In this document: piece after piece, positions 54,085 through 64,000 of the stretch | How the letters are laid out: every line of letters starts with the position of its first letter | Position numbering within the stretch: the stretch's first letter is position 1 | Source: Chrysomallon squamiferum | Taxonomy: Eukaryota > Animalia > Mollusca | Direction: 5' to 3' | DNA: 64,000 nucleotides | Assembly (NCBI GenBank): GCA_012295275.1 | Contig: CM022679.1 | Location: 26,288,001-26,352,000 of the forward strand | Translations under genes and position numbers: made by a program | The notes under the pieces: model-generated | Database searches by the model: none | The model's input: only the letters and a program-made list of their open reading frames with translations | Told to the model about the DNA's origin: nothing

Positions 54085-56649
54085 TATGGATAACTGAAAA
54101 AGCTGTGAACTGCTAATCAAGAAATATTTTTAGAAGTAGGCGTAAACCTATCTTCTGTACAATGTCATTCAGCGTTACCTGTTCGAACATACAATAAAGA
54201 AGTTACCACTTCATATCTGTCAAACATATTGAAATATTAATGTAACTTTTCAACTAATATTTGTTATGCCAAGAGATAATTAAGAAAAGATAATAAGAGA
54301 AATCATTTCTATATAGACTAATCTGTGTCAGTTTCTCTTTAAAGCCGTTACATTCAAATTTGTTATATTTCAATAAACTTCTGGTAATGAAACACGACAA
54401 ATTCTATATTTGGTGAAATAAATGAGTAAATAAATAAATAAATGAGTAAATAAGTAAATAAATAAATAAATAAATAGTGTGTTATTTGGAAACTTCAAAA
54501 TTGTTTATTATTATTTTATATTTTTTGATATGCCTTAATTAATATCGGAATATTACAATGAAAATGTGCAATTTTTCTATATTCGTGTCGTCATAGCCTA
54601 GAAACTACAATGATTTACACTGATGTTTCATCTATTGCTGTTAGAACAGAATATAGCTGTAGAGATCATTAGCTGACTGCTGTTGTATTTTTTGGTGTAC
54701 GGACAATTTCAAAATATCACACTTCAAAATGTCACATATTCAGTTAAAAGAAGGAGAATATATATCAACAATATATGGACATGTAAGTTAATAAAAATTT
54801 AAAGTAGGTTATTTGCCCAATTATGATTTTATTAAAATTTAAATACAGTGCAGTTTGCTTAAATTCAATCGTAAATCATATTAAATCAATAAATTAAAGG
54901 CTCTCAGAAAATAAGATTTACAATGATAATAATAATCTATGCATTAAACTTTATTATGTTTTAAAATGGATTTTATAATCCAGTCTAAATTTTTACATTT
55001 TTTTTATTTATTTATTTTTTATGTATGTATTTAATTATTTATTTATTTTTTGTTTGTTTGTTTATTAATTAATTTATGTATTTATGATAATAGCAATTAG
55101 ATTCGTAATTTACAATTTCCTTGTCCAAAAATATATGTAATTTTAGATCAAAGATCAGCCTTACAAAGAAGCCGTTCAGATATTGAACAACCAGCTTCAG
55201 AGTCACACTAAAGTAAGTTCTTTGTTATCATTTTACTATATCTGTAATTTAATTTGTTTTTATTTTATATGTATTTAATTTTTTTCTCTGGTCCTTAATG
55301 ATTTTGAGTAGACTAAGAAAGAATGGCAATTGATAACAGTTATGCATCCATCTATTTATCTATCTGTTTTTGTTTATTTATTTCATATAATTTCCTTTTG
55401 TAATCTTTACAGATGAAACAGGCTTTTCTTATTAATTTCATTTTTATGTTAAATGGAAGTGTTTGTTTTCTTTGTTTCTTCTTTTTTCCAATCTTTTTTA
55501 TTATTATTATTAATTTTTGTTTTTGTTTTAACTAATCCTCTTTAGAAAGAATCTTTTCATTTAGAGACCCATTCAAAGATGCTTCATTTCGTATGACATT
55601 CTGCAGGTTTTTCTTATATCTCGCTTCATAATTACACAGGATGGTATGTAATCTTTAACGTTAAAATGCGACCAACTGTTGTCAAGTATTCATTTATTTA
55701 TTAACTAGGAATTAACACATAACTTAAAATTTCAGCGAATAACAGGAATTTCTTATTGCAATTTTTACTAATGTAACGCGGAAATTAATGATCAGATTAA
55801 TAAAACGTTTTTATACCATTTGTCTTCTACTTTTCATTTTGTGTAAAGAAACCAGTGTAAAACAAAACCTGGAGTAATTACGTTGAAGCTGAGTAACACA
55901 CTGTGAATTATACTCCTGTCAGCATACTGTTGTTAGGTCTGTATTAAAAGTTAATATTATTAAGTGGACTTTATCATCGTTTGTTCGTGTACACCAGTTT
56001 TTTACGCGTTAGATAAGAGTAATACTGACAACTACACTAAAACTCTGTCACCTACTTAAACCTGTTACTCGCTTACAGCGGACAGCTATTGTATTGATTA
56101 CATGCATACACAATGTCAGGTGTCATTTTAACTAAATATTTAAATAAACACTGCTACAAACATTTAACATTTATGCAGTAAAAGAATTAAAATTTACTCT
56201 GTCTCCATATCTAAGACTATTATTTTAATTTTTACAATTAATATAATAACAGCAACCAGGAAGTTGCGATGGTTGCATTTTCGTTCTGTTCAGATAAACA
56301 CCGTTACAAACATTACACATCATGTTTACCTTGATAGCATTTAGTCTCTATTATTTTCATTTCTTTTTTTTTCTTTTTTTAATAAACCAGTAATAACTGT
56401 GTTCACAGAAATATTCAGATTACAAAACATAAAGCTTATTTGGAAGGAGTTCCTTAGTTTCACTTTCTATTTACTGAAGCATAATATACATACATATATA
56501 TATATTTCTTTTCCTTCATTTTAAAAAGCTAAATTCGATGGATCTTTAAACCGATATATATAGGAAAGAAAATAATTCAGATGGTATGAATTATAATATA
56601 TATATATTTCCTAACTAGTTAATTATTGGCGTTTCGACTGACACGGTAT

Positions 56650-57000
56650 TCAATGTCACTAATGGCTGAAACTGTAAACGACCATAGTAATATAAATATC
56701 ATTAACATACCTGAGTATACTGAACCTTTACATTATAATATATTTTCCTCCCAATAAGTAAATGTCCTCCCTTTACCATTGAACCTGTGTTACACGACAA
56801 CTACTTCACAAACGTCGTCAATGTGGGTCACCATGACAAAGATGTTCACCGACTGGGTCACGCGGATAGATTCAGTTCGAGCGGCAGACATAAATCTATA
56901 TTACAAACTGTTTAAACCGTTGTCACGAGTGAAAAAAAAAGAAGGAAAAATGGTGTCTTTTATATTAAATTTACATTATTTGTTATTAGAACACATAAAA
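56650..57000 (-). promoter_or_regulatory. Conserved TRIM 5' module of TRIM-E
   Basis: Near-identical to 48985-49330. Donor at 56710. Confidence 0.55.
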
Positions 57001-57112
57001 TGTGTTAAAATCTAAATAATTCACTGCAGAGTCCCTATCCAGTGTTCTCTCGGTCAGTGATAAACAAATGTTTATTTAACGTTTATACTGTAGTCACGTT
57101 TCCATTGCCATA

Positions 57113-58889
57113 AAAATAGACGAAGCCAGTGAAGAAGTTATTAAAAAGATTCAAGATTTGACACACCAATTGAAAAAGGAAGTGTGTAGAAATGTTGACA
57201 AACAGAAATGTGATCGAGATGAACAGATAAAAGTGGTGAGTCAGTTAATAAAAGAAAAACGTGAACATCTTCTACACTGTCAACAAGCCTTGCAGTTCGC
57301 ACGTCAAGTCGAATTTATTGAAATATTTGAGTGTCTGGAAAACAAAATAACAACTTTGATCAAGTGCGGAGAATTGGTTGATTTAAAGATAGAGAAAATC
57401 AACTTACAGTTGGATGTATTTGAACGTGTTGATAATGTCATAAAGAAGACTGCAGAGATGTTTGACAAGTCAGAGATGATACCCTGTATTGAGATGACAG
57501 ATTCTATTGTAGAACGAGAATCTTGCGTTCTCAAAGTCAGACTCATCTCAAAGAAAAACAAATCACAGTCAGAAGCTGTTATTGAAACTGCTGGTCAAAC
57601 GCACGAAACTGATAGAAAACGTCTAACAACGTCCATTTGTGGAAAGCTGTTTTATACGCCGCTAAGACTCGGTCTTCACAAGACATCAGTCAGATTTGAT
57701 AGTTTTCATTTTGCACATGACAGTCTCACATTTCACAGTTAGTATTTCAGTATTGTTTGCTTTAGATGCTGAGCTCACGAGGAAAGTTCTGATTGGTCTG
57801 GACGTGCAGTCGAATACATTTAATGAAATACTGCGTGAGTAGAAAACATTTAATATTCGTTAATCCTTCATCTGAGAAATAAATGTATTAATTTATACGA
57901 ATTGCACATCTTTCTATCCAAAAAATGAATCCACATATCACTTTTTTTTTTAAATTATTGATTATACTATACAAGATCTATTAGGCTACAAGAGTGTCAA
58001 AATTATAAGTCCCATTCCGAATCCATCTATGTATTTTATTTTATTTTATTTTTTATTGGCTAGTTCCTTTGGTAGTTTAATTATTTATTAATATTTTCGT
58101 CTGTTTCATTGTTTACTTAATTATTTGTTTTATTTTACACTGTAGAACTGTTTCATGTGACATTAATCCAACGAAACACACAGAGATAACTATAGTTATA
58201 TATGAATATTTTTATTATTGCAGTACCAAATGTACAGTTTGATTAAAAATGCAGTAAACAGGACGTATTGTAAATTCTCAGACTATGGTGAATTGATCAA
58301 CAAAACTTCACCACTGCCTGACACAGAACAGACCTCTTCACTTAAAACTCTGATAGGCGCCACAGGAAACAAGACCTTTCACCATCCTGGCTGTTATTAC
58401 TGGCAGGTTGATGTTTTATGTAAAGTACTGGAAAATGCAGAACTTGACAAAATAGCAGCTCAAACCGGTGTTTGTACTGAACACAATTTCGATGATGCAG
58501 TTGTAATTTCACAGAACAGTCACGCCTGGTGTGTAAGTGTTGACACCTGTAGAGATCACAACAGTCTGTGTTTAGTGATTGATTCTTGTGGAGATGAAAT
58601 AGATGACAAGCCGTTTGCAGATTTTGCAAAGAACAAAGAATTCATTGTGAATATTGGGTTGTTGCTTGACACGAAAAACAAAAAACTGCACATTATTCAG
58701 ATAAATGCAAACAAATGTGAATAGAGCATTCCTGATATTGATGTTTCAGAGCCTCTGATACCAGTGTTCGGCTCCTTTGATGTTAAAGTAAAAGTTCTTT
58801 CTGGTGATGATGTGTCTCTAAATGACGAATTACTCAAATTAATCTCTGATATAACAAAGAAGAAAGAATCAACGAAAATGTGTAACTAG
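57113..58889 (+). pseudogene. TRIM-F pseudogene: coiled coil (5'-truncated), filamin-like, disabled B30.2-like
   Basis: Begins mid coiled coil (KIDEASEEVIKKIQDL) with no RING or B-box. Segments 57113-57737, 57766-57834 and 58224-58889. Lesions: +1 insertion giving TAA near 58244, TAC>TAG at 58722-58724, and a deletion near the C-terminus. Confidence 0.88.
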
Positions 58890-60309
58890 CATATTTAGTG
58901 TTTATTCATATTTAGATTAAATTCAAATATATAACAACAAGATAGTTATTTATTTATTTTTAATGGGGAAAATTTTTCATGGCTGTAGAAACAATTCATT
59001 TGATAGAAAACTTTGCACAGTTCCAGTTACGAGTGCTAAATCTATTGTGTGTGTTTGCCTTTTTTAATTTCGTCCTCTCCCAGTTTATTTTAATTCAGAC
59101 ATTATTGGTAAGTTATTTCTCTGGCTTCTTTCCATTGTTATTGTTTGTATTGTTAGGAATATTGTTGGTTTAATATCATGAAGTTAACATCAAAGAAATT
59201 ATAGAGAACTTAACAAAAAAAAAAATATTTTTTCGAGTTAAAACTAAAATTCTTGCTTTTCGGTCATTTTTTTATTAATATGTTTGGTAGAATTCGCAGA
59301 CAAATGGGGGAAAGCAATATATGTTCTCCCGTTCCGCTTAACTACGGATTCACTACTTTTAGTGTAACATCTTGTTATTTATCTTAACAACAAATAAGTA
59401 TTTGATAATATACTGAATAAAAGATTCAGATGAACGTGAATTTCTCCGTATGTTTAGTAAAAATGTCTTGCATCTTTTTCGTTATGTGAACATGTTCCGA
59501 GATTCTGGAATTGTTACAAATTGGTCATTTTAAGAAGAAAAATTATTTTAGGCAACACAAGCTATTCGGAAAATGATAATGTTATTAATTTATTATTATA
59601 CATATTACTATTTGAAGAAAAATGGAATATTTGGAAAATATTATTTGTCTCAAGTATAAAAAGTATATGATATATTTATTTAGTCATAGGAAATGTAAAT
59701 ATATGTATAACTGTATTATGTTTAGTTATTTTTAACCACTATATTGTTATATGTTAATTACAGTAACATATCTTAGTATTTATACTCCTTAAATATATTT
59801 ACTAGTAGGAATTACAAAACTATTAGAGAATAAATAAGTACAATAAAAAAAATTAATTAAATTAACTCCATTACAGAAATAAAATCATATGAAGATTTTC
59901 TTTTATTATATTTATGTTTATAGAATAAAAATAAAAGTGTAGAAATGATATCTGAAATAAATAAATAAACATCATAGGAAAGAAACAGAAAACTAAAGTC
60001 GATATTACTGAAGATACAAATATATTTGTTGTGTCTAGTTATTCATTTTTTTAAATTTTCTAATTATTATTTTCTCGTCTGATGTTGTTGTGGTTGATAT
60101 TGCTGTTTTTCTTATTTTTGTTGTTGCTATTGTTAGCATTATATATTATTATTATTACAAGCTTATTTATTTATGTATGAGCTTGTATTTGTATATATGT
60201 ATATGTACGTGTAAATAAATGTATGTATTTTTTTATGAAAAGATGTATAGACACATGTATGCATACATGTATATATGTATGTGTATCGGTGTAAGTATTT
60301 TAGGATTGA

Positions 60310-60483
60310 ATATTCTTTGCCTTATGTATGTCTGATTAGACATGTCACAAGGGGTCGAGTCAGTGGCACAGGAAGACGACGTCCATTAAGACATCACAAA
60401 CCACGTCAGTTGCGGCTACGAGACTTGAACGCATGCTGCCTGTTCTCCTGCTCTCTCAACTCGGACCTTACCACGCGGCTATA
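60310..60483 (-). mobile_element. Putative tRNA-derived SINE
   Basis: On the minus strand, an A-box-like TAGCCGCGTGG (60481-60471) and a B-box GTTCAAGTC (60430-60422) lie ~40 nt apart. The body is GC-rich, is followed by a TA/TATG-type simple-repeat tail, and is absent from the paralogous site at ~38765. Confidence 0.5.
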
Positions 60484-60484
60484 A

Positions 60485-60860
60485 CACAACCTTAAAACGT
60501 TTGCTCAGTAACCGAGACTAACCATCACTTCCCACGAAGCGTCATTCTTCTATGCATCCAGTTTTTGTTGTTGTATTATCTCTTTATTTATTTAATTAAT
60601 TATTTATTTGTATATCTTATTTATTTATTTGATTTGATTTGATTTGATTTGATTTATTTATTCATTATTTCATTAATTAATTAATTAATTAATTCTTTCA
60701 TTCATTCATTTATTTATTTTGTTTCAGCCATATTTTCTGTAAAATATATATGTATATATTTTTTTTTCTATTGTCGTTGTTCTTATTCTTGACAGTATCT
60801 GAATCTGGTATCCAATTGCAATTAAAACTAATTAAAGATGAAATTGCTCTGGTATTTCAC
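60485..60860 (+). repeat. Local duplication of ~38768-39140
   Basis: Shared ACAACCTTAAAACGTTTGCTCAGTAACCGAGACTAACCATCACTTCCC... block. Confidence 0.85.
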
Positions 60861-60864
60861 TCGA

Positions 60865-61200
60865 AACAACGGTTTAAACAGTTTGTAAAATAGATTTATG
60901 TCTGCCGCTCGAACTGAATCTGTCAGCGTGACCCAGTCGCTGATACAAGCTGCCCTTTGCGGTTAACACGTTTTTCAAGGTGGACCCATTTCGACGATGA
61001 TCGTGAAATAGTTGTCATGTGAGACAAGCTCCAAGGTAAAGATAGGATATTTACTTGTTAAGTGACAAATACGTTATAATGTCAATTTTCAGTATACTCG
61101 GGTAAGTTAATGATAATTATATTGCTGTTGTCGTTTACAGTTTCAGCCATTAGTGACACTGAATACCGTGTCAGTCAAAACGCTGACACTAATAATTAAC
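60865..61200 (+). promoter_or_regulatory. Conserved TRIM 5' module of TRIM-G
   Basis: Reverse complement of 48950-49255. Donor CGG|GTAAGT at 61102 and acceptor GAACAG| at 62404. Confidence 0.6.
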
Positions 61201-62068
61201 TAGCTAGTACTGTATTGGAAAAGAGTTTACTCAATTTTAATTTTTTATTATTTTTATAGTTTGTTCTTATCATTTGAGTTATTTTCTTTCCTAAATATAT
61301 CGGTTTAAAGAACGGATTTAGCTTTTTAAAATGAAGGACAAATGATTTCTACAAGTTTCACTGTATAGCGTAACACAGGTGATAAGCACACAATTGTTAA
61401 TTCATAGTTGCAGTCGATCTGTCGTCGTTCAGTGAAAAATGAGACAATAAAATAAAACTTTACAAAACATTTGAGCTCCGCCATTGTACACCTGGAGTCG
61501 TGACGTTATCACTAATATAACACTATATTTTATTGAAACGTTATCACATTTTGACATTATAGATTATAACGCGAGAAAACAACAAAACCCTCAACCCAAA
61601 ACAACAACAAACAAACCCAAAACACACACACAAAAGAAGAAATCCAACAATAGAATGAAAAGTACCTGGAGTTTTGATGAATAATCTTGATGATTTTTTC
61701 AATAAAGTTAAAGCTGCTTTCGATCGAAAATGTTTCAAATGACAATTCTGAAAAATGTGTTTTCATTTAAATTGATTTTATTGAGTTTTAACATTTGTAG
61801 AGAGAAATAAATGTGCAAAAGCATGTCATTATTGTTATTAAGTTAACAGGTTTCAATTTAAAGTGTCACACAGGCGATACAAAGAAAATACCATTTTTTA
61901 TGCTTTAAGTCCTTATTTTTAATTGTAGGCGACCTATCACATCTCACTACATACTGTGTCAATAAAATAAAATAAAACTTTAAAAAACAATACAACGCCG
62001 CCGATATAATACTTCACAACTGGAGTCGTTACCATTTACAAGAGAGTTGCATTTTAATAATAATAATG

Positions 62069-62101
<33 letters not shown>

Positions 62102-62498
62102 TAACATAATTTGTACGTCTCAAAAAACTGTCACCAAATACACATGTTAAAATGATTTATTAGTAATACTGTATTAGACATTAAGGAGTTTAAATGATAC
62201 GACTTTGTTCATAGTATTTAGGTATGTTAGGCTCTTTCCCAAGAGAAACTAACACAATACAGCGACTTTATCTAGAAACGACATCAGTTATTATATTTCA
62301 CTTAATTATCGCTCGGATAATAAATAAACCTTTCAGTGGTACGTCAAAATATTTTACTGTTTTATTGATTTGATTTCTAAGTTGTTTTTCATATATTCGA
62401 ACAGGTAATATGGAATGATATTGCACTGAAGATATGACAACCCTGCTTCTACAGATATTTCTTGATACGAATTCCACGATACTTTAATATGACCCACA

Positions 62499-63777
62499 AT
62501 GGCTGAAAGTTGTGTTGTACCATTAATAGAAATTCGAGACGAGTTTGTTATTTGTGAAATTTGTTTAGACTATTTTAATGACGGAGATAAACTACCACGT
62601 ATTTTACCATGTCACCACAGCTTTTGTTGTCAATGTTTGACGTCAGTGTGGAAGAATTTTCCAGAAGGACTAACATGTCCCAACTGTCGACAAATATGGC
62701 CTGTTCAAAATAATATCGAGAAAACATTTCCACAAAACAAAGTGTTGACAGATTTGGTGGAGTATATAAGAATTAAAAATAATGCTGGAGAAATACTGTG
62801 TCAAGTATGTTCCAGTAAACAGAAAGCAACGACCCGATGTTTCGATTGTGATACTCACGTGTGTGAAACATGCACATCATATCACATGAAATTTCCAAGT
62901 ACAAAGCATCACAAGACAGTTTCTATATCGCAACTGGTGGAAATTCCACAATCTGAATTTTTCCAGAGAAAGGATATCTGTACATGTCACGAAAATATGA
63001 AAGTTGATGTTTACTGCAAGACGTGCTGTACAGCTGTCTGCTCTACGTGTGCATTCGTGTCTCACAAAGAACACGAAATCTGTAATCTGAAAGATGTCTA
63101 CAACGAGAAGAAGGAACAGATCAGAATCACTTTATGTAAGTTACAAACGTCCATAGAAAAATCTAAATCGTACACTGATAAACTGACTCGCGAGAAACAA
63201 ACATTGGAAGAGACACAAACACAAAGTCTAATGAAAATAGACAAAGCCAGTAAAGCAATCATTAAAAAGATTCAAGATTTGACACAACAGTTGAAAGATG
63301 AAATTGTTAGAAATGTTGACAAACAGAAATGTGATCGAGATGAACAGATAAAAGTGGTGAGTCAGTCGATAAATGAGAAAAGTGAACATCTTCTACACTG
63401 TCAACAAGCCTTGCAGTTCGCACGTCAAGTCGAATTTACTGAAATGTTCGAGTCTCTAGAAAACAAAACTAAACATTTGATTACGTCGTGTGTATTGTTT
63501 GAACTGCAGATGAAAAAGATCAACCTTGGTCTGGAGATATTTCGGGACTTTGAAATGATTTTGACCAAATCAAGACATATCGCTTGTTTCATGCAGAATA
63601 TTGACAAGACAGAGCAGGGTGGTGAAATGATGAGTGGTGTACTCTTACCACAGAAAATCAACGTTCCCGAGATGACGTCAGAAGATTTGGTTGAGTCTAT
63701 TTCAGAAAATGAGAAAAGGTCACTCGGTGCTGAACATGGATGTAGTAAAGACAATACTGAGATAACAGACGAACAAG
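62499..63777 (+). CDS. TRIM-G first coding exon (RING-Bbox1-Bbox2-coiled coil-acidic linker), 3'-partial
   Basis: Open from ATG MAESC to the donor CAAG|GTGAAT at 63777. The following intron matches A/D/E intron 1, so the remaining exons presumably lie beyond the window. Confidence 0.88.
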
Positions 63778-64000
63778 GTGAATTTTCCGAATATTTCTCT
63801 GCATAAGCATTTTTTGTTTTTACCCCAAATAAACTGCAACTGTCAATTATCTTAAGAATTTAAAAGCTTTATCAAATTATTTTTCCCTTAATTTTGTTCA
63901 TTACTGATTGTTTGTATTTCAGAATATAGAGTTTCATCGGTTATTATTGAATTAACTCTAAATTTTGACGCATTTTTTTTCTAAGGATTCTTCAGCTGTT

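Overview
AT-rich, microsatellite-rich eukaryotic DNA with GT-AG introns, most likely an invertebrate (a mollusc is an inference). The first 10 kb is the 3' part of a + strand multi-exon type-I membrane protein: DB module, FN3, Ig, Ig, DB module, FN3, two microexons, TM and an NPxY tail (IGDB-like). From 16 to 64 kb lies a young, locally duplicated cluster of seven TRIM loci. Each has RING, two B-boxes and a coiled coil in one large exon, then a 51- or 69-nt exon, then a divergent B30.2/PRY-SPRY exon. Four copies look intact (A, B, D, E), one runs off the window (G), one has a frameshifted SPRY (C) and one is a 5'-truncated pseudogene (F). The paralogs are mosaics of one another, and two carry a filamin-like module instead of the acidic linker. 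Interleaved are remnants of a CHST15-like sulfotransferase gene, SINE remnants, and a non-autonomous Tc1/mariner element whose interior is a ~2.1-kb array of a 15-bp CpG-rich repeat, lying just upstream of TRIM-A. All exon structures and family calls were made by eye without database searches.
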